32,000 nt of DNA from NCBI RefSeq assembly GCF_003010495.1, contig NZ_CP027570.1, positions 1,680,001 to 1,712,000 on the forward strand, read 5' to 3'. The position numbers and the translations under genes were made by a program. The DNA comes from Megasphaera elsdenii DSM 20460 (GTDB lineage Bacteria; Bacillota; Negativicutes; Veillonellales; Megasphaeraceae). How positions within the stretch are numbered: the first letter of the stretch is position 1; each line of letters starts with the position of its first letter. Below the pieces are notes generated by a model. The model saw only the letters and a program-made list of their open reading frames with translations. It was not told where the DNA came from and made no database searches. This document shows positions 8,996-17,200 of the stretch, piece by piece.

Positions 8996-11900
8996 TTCCC
9001 ATTTACTTAGACATGAAGGCTTTTGGTCCCTATGCTGGCCGGGAAATCGTCGATTTCCGCCAATTAGGGGACCACAAACTGTTCCTCATCTACGGGCCGA
9101 CAGGCTCGGGCAAGACGACCATCCTCGACGCCATGTGCTACGCCCTCTACGGCAGCACCAGCGGCGACAGCCGTACCGGCGCCCACATGCGCAGCGAGTA
9201 CGCTTCGCCGCAGGAAGCGACGTCCGTATCGTTCCGCTTTGCCATCGGCCAGAAATATTACCGCATCGACCGCAGCCCGGAACAGGAAATCGCCAAGAAA
9301 CGCGGCACGGGCTTGAAAAAGGCTTCGGCCCAGGCCGCTTTATACGAAACGGATGAAGCCGGGGACCAGGAAAAGCTCATCGCCGCCAAGAATGTGACGG
9401 CTGCCGTCGAAGGGCTGCTGGGCTTTAAAGCCGACCAGTTCCGCCAGGTCGTCCTTTTACCGCAGGGGGACTTCCGCAAGCTCCTCCTGGCCGGGTCCGG
9501 CGAACGCCAGCAGATCATGCAGACCCTCTTCCATACCCAGCGCTATGCCCGGCTCCAGGAACTGGCCAAAGCCCGCCACGATGCCTTGGCCAGCCAGTAC
9601 GAACAGGTGCGGCAGCGGCGGGAGCAGTGCCTGGCGGCGCTGGACATTGCCGACGAAAAGGAACTGCCTGCAAAGGAACGGCAATGGCAGGACCAGGCAG
9701 TGGCCGTAGACAAACAGTGGCAGGAAGCCGAAGGGACGCGCAAGACCTGTCAGGCCGCTTTCCAGGCCGCCCAGGCCCTGGACGCCCACTGGCTGCTGCG
9801 GGACCAGAAACGCCGGGAAGCGGCGCAGCTCCAGGCGCAGGCCCGGCAGTTCCAGGAAAAGAGGGATACCATCGCTACCCTGCGCCAGGCCGAAATCCTG
9901 GCCGAACCCTGCCGCCACCTGGACGACCTGGAAAGAGAGGGCAGGGAGGCCCATAAAGCCGCTGAAAAAGCAGGAAAACTGGCCGAAAAGGCCCGGCAGG
10001 ACCTAACTGCGGCCAAGCAGCAGCTGGAAGGTCTTTCGGCCCGGGAAAAGGGCTATAAGGCGGCCTGTGAAGAACAGGTGCAGCTGGCAGGCCTGCAGGA
10101 CAAGGCCGGAGCCTATCGGACCTGCTGCCTCGAAGAAGGGCAGTGCCAGAAAAACGTGACTGACGCCGAAAAGCGCTGGAACCAGGCCCGAAAGAAAAAA
10201 GAAAAGGAAAAGCAGGCCCTGGACAAGGCCCGGGAAGCCGTCGCCGGTCTGGCCGAACAAGCCGTCGCGGCGGAACAGGCCAAAGCCCGCTGGCAGGCCC
10301 TGAACGACCGGATCCAGCGCGAAGGCGAAGCGGCTGAGCTGGAAGCTAAGGCTAAAGAAGCGCAGAAACAGTGGCAGCACAGCCGGACCTTTCTGGAAAA
10401 AGCGGCGGCCAAAGCCCGGGACGAACGCATTGCCTATGAAAGCGTCCGGGCCCTGTTCCTGCAGGCCCAGGCAGCTGTCCTGGCGTCGGAACTGGAAGAG
10501 GGCCAGCCCTGCCCGGTCTGCGGTTCGAAAGCCCATCCCCTGCCGGCTGTGCGCCCGGAATCCCTGCCGGAACGGCACGACGTCGAACAGCATCAGAAAC
10601 GGGCCGAAGCCAGTGAAGGCAAGCGCCAGCAGTGGGAAGTGACAGCCAAAGCCGATGAAACCCGCTGCCAGGCCCTGCAGGCCCAGTACGAGGCCCTGCG
10701 CCGCCAGTATCCCCAGGACGGGACCCTGGCGGACTGGCAGGCCAAGGCCGGACAGGCTCAAGTGGCTATGGAAGGCTTGCAGCAGCAGGTCCGGGACGGT
10801 GAAAAGCTGAAACAAGCCGTCGCCGCCGGCGAGGCCAGACTGGCCCGCTGGGAAAAGGACGAAGAAACGGCCCGGACGGCCGTGGAACAGGCGAGGACCG
10901 CTGCGGCTAAAGCCGCTGAGACGAAGGCCCGCCTGGAAGCGGACCTGCCGGCAGCCTATCGAGACCCGCTGGCGTTGCAGCAGCGACTGGATGCCTTGAA
11001 CCGCGCTATCAGGATCTATGAAAAGGACTTGCAGCACTGCCGCGACGCCGTCGTCGCCGGCGAACGGCAGGCGGCCAAGCAGCAGCAGGAAGCGCGGAAC
11101 TGGCAGCATCAGGTCGAAGTGCTGCGGGACCGCTTCAGCCAGGGCGTCCAGGCCCTGCGGGACCGCGTCCTGGCCGCCGGCTTTGAAAGCGTCAAGGCCT
11201 GCCGGGCCATGCAGGCCGCCGTGCCGCAGATACCGGGACTGGAAGAATCCGTCCGGCACTATGACCAGCAGGTCCAGCAGGTCCAGGGCCAGCTGGCCCA
11301 GGAAGAGGCCGCCATCGGCACACAGGAACGGCCCGACGTGGCCGCCGCCCGGACGGCCCTGGACGGCGCTGAAAAGGCCAGCCAGGCCCTGGTCGAAGCC
11401 AAGGGCAGCCTGACGGCACGGTACCAGCGCTGGCAGCAGGAAAAGGAAGCCCTGGCCGCTTTGCAGCAGGAAGGCCAGGACCTGACCGAAGCCTATAAGA
11501 CCGTCGGCGCCGTCTATGAACTCATTGCCGGCAAGCAGACGGGCATCAACTTTGAACGCTACGTCCTCGGGGCCCTCCTCGATGAAGTCCTGGCCGCCGC
11601 CAACGGGCGCCTCCAGGGCATGAGCCGCCAGCGGTACAGCCTGCAGCGCTCCCAGTCCTGGGACGACAAGCGGGTCAAGCAGATCGGCCTGGATATCGAA
11701 GTCTATGACAATTATACGGGCTATGCCCGTCCGGCCAACACCTTGTCCGGCGGCGAGACCTTCCTGGCCTCCCTGTCCCTGGCCCTGGGCCTGGCCGACG
11801 TCGTTCAGGCCTATTCTGGCGGCATTCACTTGGATACGATGTTCATCGATGAAGGCTTCGGTACCCTCGACGGCGAAACCTTGGATTACGCCTTGAAGAC

Positions 11901-12036
11901 GTTGGCGTCCCTGCGCAACGGCGGCCGCCTGGTCGGCATCATTTCTCACGTCCCCGAACTGAAGGAACGTATCGATGCCCGCCTGGCCGTTCACAAGACC
12001 GACCGGGGTAGTACGTCGTCCTTTGAGTTTGCTTGA
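8992..12036 (+). CDS. sbcC: Exonuclease SbcCD, ATPase subunit C (Rad50-like SMC ATPase)
   Basis: Walker A (GPTGSGKTT), long Q/A/E-rich coiled coil with a CPVCGS zinc hook, signature LSGGE and Walker B (MFIDEGFG). Start refined to ATG 8992 (MIPIYLDMKAFGPY). Confidence 0.9.
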   Translation: MIPIYLDMKAFGPYAGREIVDFRQLGDHKLFLIYGPTGSGKTTILDAMCYALYGSTSGDSRTGAHMRSEYASPQEATSVSFRFAIGQKYYRIDRSPEQEIAKKRGTGLKKASAQAALYETDEAGDQEKLIAAKNVTAAVEGLLGFKADQFRQVVLLPQGDFRKLLLAGSGERQQIMQTLFHTQRYARLQELAKARHDALASQYEQVRQRREQCLAALDIADEKELPAKERQWQDQAVAVDKQWQEAEGTRKTCQAAFQAAQALDAHWLLRDQKRREAAQLQAQARQFQEKRDTIATLRQAEILAEPCRHLDDLEREGREAHKAAEKAGKLAEKARQDLTAAKQQLEGLSAREKGYKAACEEQVQLAGLQDKAGAYRTCCLEEGQCQKNVTDAEKRWNQARKKKEKEKQALDKAREAVAGLAEQAVAAEQAKARWQALNDRIQREGEAAELEAKAKEAQKQWQHSRTFLEKAAAKARDERIAYESVRALFLQAQAAVLASELEEGQPCPVCGSKAHPLPAVRPESLPERHDVEQHQKRAEASEGKRQQWEVTAKADETRCQALQAQYEALRRQYPQDGTLADWQAKAGQAQVAMEGLQQQVRDGEKLKQAVAAGEARLARWEKDEETARTAVEQARTAAAKAAETKARLEADLPAAYRDPLALQQRLDALNRAIRIYEKDLQHCRDAVVAGERQAAKQQQEARNWQHQVEVLRDRFSQGVQALRDRVLAAGFESVKACRAMQAAVPQIPGLEESVRHYDQQVQQVQGQLAQEEAAIGTQERPDVAAARTALDGAEKASQALVEAKGSLTARYQRWQQEKEALAALQQEGQDLTEAYKTVGAVYELIAGKQTGINFERYVLGALLDEVLAAANGRLQGMSRQRYSLQRSQSWDDKRVKQIGLDIEVYDNYTGYARPANTLSGGETFLASLSLALGLADVVQAYSGGIHLDTMFIDEGFGTLDGETLDYALKTLASLRNGGRLVGIISHVPELKERIDARLAVHKTDRGSTSSFEFA

Positions 12037-12088
12037 CCGTCGCGATTAGTATATAATAAAGTCATGACGAATAGAGAGGGGGAGAATT

Positions 12089-12571
12089 TTGTCTATTCAA
12101 AAAGTACGCGATTATTTTTCCAAGTGGGGAATGGAAGACCGGGTCATGGAACTCAGTCAGTCCAGTGCGACTGTCGAAGAAGCGGCAGCCGCCCTTCATA
12201 CGGAAGGCCGGCGCATTGCCAAGTCCATGTCTTTCCTCGTCGGCGACCATCCGATTTTGGTCCTCTTTGCCGGCGATGCCCGCGTAGATAACCATAAGTT
12301 CAAAGAACGGTTCCACAAGAAGGCGACGATGATCAAGGCAAGCGATGTAGAACGGCTCATAGGCCATCCCGTCGGCGGTGTCTGTCCTTTTGCCGTCAAT
12401 GACGACGTCGAAGTCTTCCTCGATGAATCGCTTAAACGCTTCCAGACCGTCTTTCCTGCCTGTGGTACGGCCAACAGTGCCATCGAACTGACCCTGCCCG
12501 AACTGGAAACTTATTCCCATGCCAGGGAATGGGTCGACGTATCGAAAGGCTGGCAGGAAGCAAACCAATAA
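12089..12571 (+). CDS. YbaK/EbsC-family aminoacyl-tRNA editing (deacylase) domain protein
   Basis: 160 aa with a TTG start and GAGGGGGAG RBS. The KSMSFLV..ILVLFAGDARVD..HPVGGVCPF pattern is typical of the YbaK/ProX family. Confidence 0.75.
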   Translation: MSIQKVRDYFSKWGMEDRVMELSQSSATVEEAAAALHTEGRRIAKSMSFLVGDHPILVLFAGDARVDNHKFKERFHKKATMIKASDVERLIGHPVGGVCPFAVNDDVEVFLDESLKRFQTVFPACGTANSAIELTLPELETYSHAREWVDVSKGWQEANQ

Positions 12572-12586
12572 AAAGGGGGTAGTACT

Positions 12587-12949
12587 ATGCAATTCACCTT
12601 TAAACACACTAATTTCAACGTGCTGGATCTCCAGCGCAGCATGGACTTCTACAAAGAAGCCCTGGGACTGACCGAAGTCAGCCGCATTGAAAATCCCGAT
12701 TTCACCATCGTCTATCTCGGAGACGGCGTGTCCGATTTCCAGTTGGAACTGACCTGGCTCAAAGACCGCAAGGAACCGTATAACCTGGGGGAAAACGAAT
12801 TCCACACGGCCTTTGCCGTCAAGGATATGAAGGCAGCCTTGGCCAAACATAAGGATATGGGCTGTGTCGTCTATCAGAATCCGGCCATGGGTATCTATTT
12901 CATCGTCGACCCTGACGGCTACTGGCTGGAAATCATTCCGGAGCGCTAA
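12587..12949 (+). CDS. VOC-family protein, glyoxalase I (lactoylglutathione lyase)-like
   Basis: 120 aa: HTNFNVLDLQRSMDFYKEALGL..LELTW..FHTAF..DPDGYWLEII, a typical single-domain glyoxalase/bleomycin-resistance fold signature. Confidence 0.7.
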   Translation: MQFTFKHTNFNVLDLQRSMDFYKEALGLTEVSRIENPDFTIVYLGDGVSDFQLELTWLKDRKEPYNLGENEFHTAFAVKDMKAALAKHKDMGCVVYQNPAMGIYFIVDPDGYWLEIIPER

Positions 12950-12951
12950 CG

Positions 12952-13662
12952 ATGAAGAAAGAGTATACGCAACGGACAGCCCGCCTCATCGGCCAGGATA
13001 AGGTGGACGAATTAGATACGAAAAAAGTACTCATCTTTGGCGTCGGCGGCGTCGGTTCGGCTGTCGTCGAAGCCTTGGGGCGGGCTGGCGTGGGCCATCT
13101 CATCTTGGTCGATGCCGACGTCTTCGACCCGTCCAACGTCAACCGTCAGCTCGGCGCGACGGTCCAGACCATTGACCGGCCGAAAGTCGAAGTCATGAAG
13201 GAACGCCTCTTGTCCATCAATCCCGACATCGACGTCGAAACCCATGCGACCTTCTATCTGCCCGATAGCCATAAGGGCTTCATCGCCAATTCCGGTGCCG
13301 ACTATGTCGTCGACGCCGTCGATACGATGAGCGCCAAGATCGCCATCATCGACGAAGCCTATCACAGCGGCATCCCGGTCGTCTCGTCCATGGGGGCCGG
13401 CAACAAGCTCCATCCGGAATACTTCCAGCTCGACTACATCGAAAAGACCAGCGTCGATCCCCTGGCCAAGATCATGCGCCGGGAATTGAAGAAGCGCCGG
13501 ATCCGCCGCATCAAAGTGGCTTATTCGACGGAAGTCCCGCATAAGCCGTTCTCGGACAGCGATGAAGTGCGCCCCAGTCCGGGCAGCATTTCCTTCGTCC
13601 CGTCGACAGCCGGCATGATTCTGGCCGGTGCCGTCGTGCGCGACCTCCTGGGTCTGGAGTAA
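12952..13662 (+). CDS. tcdA: tRNA threonylcarbamoyladenosine dehydratase (ThiF/HesA-family E1-like)
   Basis: FGVGGVGS glycine loop, LVDADVFDPSNVNRQ, about 236 aa, C-terminal SFVPSTAGMILA, matching TcdA/CsdL-type proteins. Confidence 0.75.
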   Translation: MKKEYTQRTARLIGQDKVDELDTKKVLIFGVGGVGSAVVEALGRAGVGHLILVDADVFDPSNVNRQLGATVQTIDRPKVEVMKERLLSINPDIDVETHATFYLPDSHKGFIANSGADYVVDAVDTMSAKIAIIDEAYHSGIPVVSSMGAGNKLHPEYFQLDYIEKTSVDPLAKIMRRELKKRRIRRIKVAYSTEVPHKPFSDSDEVRPSPGSISFVPSTAGMILAGAVVRDLLGLE

Positions 13663-13690
13663 AAGAAAATTTTTGCCAGTTATACACAAG

Positions 13691-13720
13691 GGCTGTGCCT
13701 GAAAAGGCGCAGCTCTTTTG
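13691..13720 (+). terminator. Intrinsic terminator after tcdA
   Basis: GGCTGTGCC-tgaaaa-GGCGCAGCT stem followed by CTTTTG. Confidence 0.55.
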
Positions 13721-13798
13721 TGGTCCTTTCAAGGCTTGCCAGCCATTTTGATAAAAATTAGCCTTAACTTGTCCACAACACGATGGAGTATATACACA

Positions 13799-13827
13799 TT
13801 GACAGCTGCTACTATATATAGTATCAT
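13799..13827 (+). promoter_or_regulatory. nrdDG promoter with an embedded NrdR-box-like palindrome
   Basis: TTGACA (13799-13804), 17-nt spacer, TATCAT (13822-13827). The spacer contains the perfect palindrome TACTATATATAGTA (13810-13823), matching the core of the NrdR box consensus acaCwAtATaTwGtgt. Confidence 0.6.
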
Positions 13828-13920
13828 AGGGCATGTGAAAAACGGTCCCTGCATCGTATATCTTGTGGGGGACACGGAAAAAGGTACATCTTGTATACTA
13901 TATACTGTGGAGGTAGACAT

Positions 13921-16071
13921 ATGTTAGAAGTAATCAAGCGCAACGGAGAACGGGTGCCCTTCAATCGCGACAAGATCACGAACGCCATTGAAAAGGCCAT
14001 GAACAGCAGCAGCGGTATTTATGAAGAAGGGCAGGCTGCCAAGATTGCTGGTGAAATCGAAGCGTATGCGGCTTCTATCCAGAAGGACCTGACCATTTAT
14101 GCCATCGAAGACCAGGTCTACTACCGCCTGTTGAAATACAATAATCCGGCCACGGCCCGGGCTTATGAAAACTACAAGACCATCCAGGCCTTCAAGCGCC
14201 AGACCAACACGACGGACGATGACGTCTTCGGCCTGCTGAACAACACCAACCTGGAAGTTCTCGATGAAAACTCCAATAAGAACGGCCACGTCGTGTCGAC
14301 ACAGCGCGACCTCATTGCCGGCGAAGTCTCCAAGGACATTGCCCGCCGCAAGCTCATCCCGGCCGATATCGTCCAGGCCCATGACAGCGGGGCCATCCAT
14401 TTCCACGATATGGATTACATCATCCAGCCTATGTTCAACTGCTGTCTCATCAACTTGGAAGACATGCTGGCCAACGGCACGGTCATCAACGGCAAGAAAA
14501 TCGATACGCCGAAATCCTTCCAGGTCGCCTGCACGGTGACGACGCAGATCATCGCCCAAGTCGCCAGCGGCCAGTACGGCGGTCAGTCCATCAACGGCAT
14601 CGACCGCATCCTGGCGCCCTATGTCCGCAAATCCTTCAAGAAGTACATGAAAGCTGTCGTCGAAGAACAGCGCGAAGTCTACGGTATCGAACCGGACATG
14701 GAAAAGGCCGAAGAAATCGCCTGGAAGCGGACAAAGAAGGAAATCAAGGACGGCATCCAGACCATCCAGTATCAGATCAACACCCTCATGACGACCAACG
14801 GCCAGGCGCCGTTCGTCACGCTGTTCATGTATTTTAAACCGGACTACGAATACGCTAAGGAAGCGGCCCTCATCGACGAAGAACTGCTGCGCCAGCGTAT
14901 CCAGGGCATCAAGAACGAAGCCAATGTCTACGTCACGCCGGCTTTCCCGAAACTCATCTACGTCCTGGACGAACACAACGTCCGCGAAGGCAGCCCCTAC
15001 TTCTATCTGACCAAACTGGCGGCTGAATGTACGGCAAAACGCATGTATCCCGACTATATTTCGGCCAAGAAGATGCGCGAATCCTACGAAGGCAACGTCT
15101 TCAGCCCCATGGGCTGCCGGTCCTTCCTCAGCCCCTGGAAAGATGAACAGGGCAACTATAAATTCGACGGCCGTTTCAACATGGGCGTCGTCTCCCTCAA
15201 CCTGCCGCAGATTGGCATCCTCGCCGATGGCGACGAAGAAAAATTCTTCCAGATCCTCGACAAACGCTTGGAACTTTGCAAGAAGGCCTTGCTCTTGCGC
15301 GTCGACCTCCTCAAACGCATCACGTCGGACGTATCGCCTATTCACTGGCAGTACGGCGCCATTGCCCGCCTGAAGCCCGGCGAAACGATTGAAAAGTTTA
15401 TTTACGGCGGTTATGCGACCTTGTCCCTGGGCTATATCGGTATCTATGAAGCGACGATGCTGACCAAGCACTGCTCGCACACGACGGCGGAAGGCCGGAA
15501 ATTCGCCATGCGCATCATGGACGACCTCAACGCCCACATCAAGAAGTGGAGAAAAGAAACGAATATCGGCTTCGCCCTCTACGGCACGCCGGCAGAAAAC
15601 CTGACCAACCTCTTCTGCAAGATCGACAAGGCCCGCTTCGGCTCCATTCCCGACGTCACCGACAAGGGCTATTACACCAACAGCTACCACGTCGATGTCC
15701 GCGAACCGATCAACGTCTTCGATAAGTTCTCCTTTGAAGCCGATTTTGAAGATAAATCGACAGGCGGCTGCATCAGCTACGCCGAAATCCCCAACATGAC
15801 CCATAATATCCCGGCTGTCCTGACCATGGTCCAGTACATCTACGACCACATCGCGTACGGCGAATTTAATACCAAGCTCGATTACTGCCATGAATGTGGC
15901 TTCGACGGCGAAATCATCCTCAACGACGATAATGAATGGGAATGTCCGCGCTGCCATAATAAAGACCGCAACAAACTGACCGTTATCCGCCGTACCTGCG
16001 GCTATTTGGGTGAAAATTTCTGGAACGAAGGGCGGACGCAGGAAATCAAGAACCGCGTCCTCCATATCTAA
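13921..16071 (+). CDS. nrdD: Anaerobic ribonucleoside-triphosphate reductase (class III RNR)
   Basis: N-terminal ATP-cone (VIKRNGERVPFNRDKI), C-terminal Zn site (CHECGFDGE..CPRCHN) and glycyl-radical motif (RRTCGYLG). Start refined to ATG 13921 with GGAGG 8 nt upstream. Confidence 0.95.
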   Translation: MLEVIKRNGERVPFNRDKITNAIEKAMNSSSGIYEEGQAAKIAGEIEAYAASIQKDLTIYAIEDQVYYRLLKYNNPATARAYENYKTIQAFKRQTNTTDDDVFGLLNNTNLEVLDENSNKNGHVVSTQRDLIAGEVSKDIARRKLIPADIVQAHDSGAIHFHDMDYIIQPMFNCCLINLEDMLANGTVINGKKIDTPKSFQVACTVTTQIIAQVASGQYGGQSINGIDRILAPYVRKSFKKYMKAVVEEQREVYGIEPDMEKAEEIAWKRTKKEIKDGIQTIQYQINTLMTTNGQAPFVTLFMYFKPDYEYAKEAALIDEELLRQRIQGIKNEANVYVTPAFPKLIYVLDEHNVREGSPYFYLTKLAAECTAKRMYPDYISAKKMRESYEGNVFSPMGCRSFLSPWKDEQGNYKFDGRFNMGVVSLNLPQIGILADGDEEKFFQILDKRLELCKKALLLRVDLLKRITSDVSPIHWQYGAIARLKPGETIEKFIYGGYATLSLGYIGIYEATMLTKHCSHTTAEGRKFAMRIMDDLNAHIKKWRKETNIGFALYGTPAENLTNLFCKIDKARFGSIPDVTDKGYYTNSYHVDVREPINVFDKFSFEADFEDKSTGGCISYAEIPNMTHNIPAVLTMVQYIYDHIAYGEFNTKLDYCHECGFDGEIILNDDNEWECPRCHNKDRNKLTVIRRTCGYLGENFWNEGRTQEIKNRVLHI

Positions 16072-16084
16072 GAGGTGACTTGTT

Positions 16085-16591
16085 TTGCATTATGCACAGA
16101 TGCGGCAATTCGATATTGCCAATGGCCCGGGCATCCGCTCGACGATTTTCGTCACTGGCTGTTCGCGGCACTGCTTCAACTGTTTCAACCCGGAATATCA
16201 GGACCCGCAGGCCGGACAGGAATGGACCGATAAAGAAATGGACCAGCTCCTGTCCTGGCTCAGCGCTCCCACTAACGGCGGCCTGACCCTCCTGGGCGGC
16301 GAACCCATGGAAAATACAGCCGGCCTGACGCAGATCGTCCAAAAAGTCAAACAGGCACTGCCCGATAAATCAGTGTGGGTCTACTCGGGCTTTACGTATG
16401 ACGAAATCATGGCGGACCCGCAGAAAAAAGCCCTCTTAGACGTCTGTGACGTCCTCGTCGACGGCCCCTTCGTCGACGACCTGAAAGACCCGGGCCTCTA
16501 TTTCCGCGGCTCCTCGAACCAGCGCGTCATCGACCTCAACGCCACCAGAGAAAAGGGAGAAGTAACCCTCCTCTGGCCGGACGGAAGATAA
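16085..16591 (+). CDS. nrdG: Anaerobic ribonucleotide reductase activating protein (radical SAM)
   Basis: MHYAQMRQFDIANGPGIRSTIFVTGCSRHCFNCFN, the NrdG N-terminus with its radical SAM Cys cluster. TTG start with GAGGTG RBS. Confidence 0.9.
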   Translation: MHYAQMRQFDIANGPGIRSTIFVTGCSRHCFNCFNPEYQDPQAGQEWTDKEMDQLLSWLSAPTNGGLTLLGGEPMENTAGLTQIVQKVKQALPDKSVWVYSGFTYDEIMADPQKKALLDVCDVLVDGPFVDDLKDPGLYFRGSSNQRVIDLNATREKGEVTLLWPDGR

Positions 16592-16625
16592 AAGTTTGTA
16601 GTTTGCAGCAACTTCTCTGTTGAAA

Positions 16626-16672
16626 GCCTCCCATAATAGGGGAGGTGCCGAAGGCGGAGGGGTTGCTTTTTT
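16626..16672 (+). repeat. Double-hairpin element copy 1 (CCTCCC..GGGAGG, GCCgaaGGC, GGAGGGG) plus T-run; probable nrdDG terminator
   Basis: GCCTCCCATAATAGGGGAGGTGCCGAAGGCGGAGGGGTT followed by GCTTTTTT. It is homologous in architecture and sequence to 18001-18043. Confidence 0.6.
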
Positions 16673-16709
16673 CTTAAAAATAATTAATAGAAATTATCAA
16701 ATAATACTA

Positions 16710-16738
16710 TTTACAAAATTAGATAATTTTGCTATACT
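16710..16738 (+). promoter_or_regulatory. Sigma-70-like promoter upstream of the 54-aa ORF
   Basis: TTTACA (16710-16715), 17-nt spacer, TATACT (16733-16738), in an AT-rich tract. Confidence 0.45.
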
Positions 16739-16773
16739 TTAGTTAGAAGAACACTGGGTACAGCACTATTCAG

Positions 16774-16855
16774 ACGGGCGCCCCACATGGGCGCCCCTAC
16801 AGTCGATGCGGGAATCCCAAAATCAGCGTAGGGGTCGCCATGTGGGCGACCCGCC
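16774..16855. repeat. REPIN-like inverted pair of GTAG-headed REP elements
   Basis: 16774-16800 (rc GTAGGGGCGCCCATGTGGGGCGCCCGTC) and 16828-16855 (GTAGGGGTCGCCATGTGGGCGACCCGCC) face each other across 27 bp. The flanks GGTACAGC (16757-16764) and GCTGTACC (16862-16869) extend the inverted repeat. Confidence 0.6.
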
Positions 16856-16922
16856 GCGAACGCTGTACCATATCCTATACTGAATGCTGTGTAAATAATG
16901 TGCGCAAAAGGGGGGGCTTCTC

Positions 16923-17087
16923 ATGGTTGTTGAATCGGTAAAAAAAGTTAAGAATATCGTCTCGGAAGTGTTTAAAGGCTACGCCAGCAACTCTACAGGC
17001 GGCTGCTGCGGCGTATCTCTTCCGCCAGAAGAACAACGCCAGCTCAAACGCTTGAAGGAAGGGGCCCAGGCCGAAAAGAAAGATTGA
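16923..17087 (+). CDS. Small hypothetical protein (54 aa) with central GGCCG motif; not in the ORF track
   Basis: ATG preceded by AAGGGGGGG 6 nt upstream. Translation: MVVESVKKVKNIVSEVFKGYASNSTGGCCGVSLPPEEQRQLKRLKEGAQAEKKD. It is followed by a strong intrinsic terminator. I recognise no homology. Confidence 0.45.
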   Translation: MVVESVKKVKNIVSEVFKGYASNSTGGCCGVSLPPEEQRQLKRLKEGAQAEKKD

Positions 17088-17112
17088 CAGGGCCCATAAA
17101 AACGGCTACACT
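17084..17112 (+). promoter_or_regulatory. Candidate promoter for the thiF-like gene, overlapping the stop codon of the small ORF
   Basis: TTGACA (17084-17089), 17-nt spacer, TACACT (17107-17112). Confidence 0.4.
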
Positions 17113-17129
17113 AAAGATATAAGAACAAG

Positions 17130-17180
17130 ACGCACGACGGGGACACCACCTAAGGTGTCAGACGTCGTGCGTTTTTATTT
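17130..17180 (+). terminator. Strong intrinsic terminator/attenuator hairpin between the small ORF and the thiF-like gene
   Basis: ACGCACGACG / CGTCGTGCGT outer stem (10 bp) with inner GACACC / GGTGTC stem, followed by TTTTTATTTT. It ends 7 nt before the thiF-like RBS. Confidence 0.8.
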
Positions 17181-17200
17181 TGCTACGAGGGGTGTATACC

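Noticed and set aside
10003-11994. 663-aa ORF antisense to sbcC, plus many smaller overlapping ORFs in 9258-11896
   Set aside because: This is the same in-register shadow effect, within a GC-rich, repetitive coiled-coil coding region. The translation is G/L/Q/A/F-rich nonsense, and sbcC on the plus strand has Walker A/B, zinc-hook and signature motifs.
13663-13920. Cobalamin riboswitch or other large aptamer upstream of nrdD
   Set aside because: No B12-box-like sequence is present. The region is explained by a terminator, a promoter and NrdR-box-like palindromes.
13924-16065. 713-aa ORF antisense to the whole of nrdD
   Set aside because: It is exactly in register with the nrdD codons (a shadow frame). 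With strong GC3 bias the sense strand rarely uses TTA/CTA/TCA, so the antisense frame lacks stops. The translation is low-complexity (D/V/F/G/A-rich) with no recognisable motifs, whereas the sense strand is an unmistakable class III RNR.
17088-17200. TPP (THI-box) riboswitch upstream of the thiF-like gene
   Set aside because: There is no CTGAGA or ACCTGA…GGATAATGCC-type THI-box elements. The leader is only about 80-110 nt and is dominated by a single terminator hairpin.
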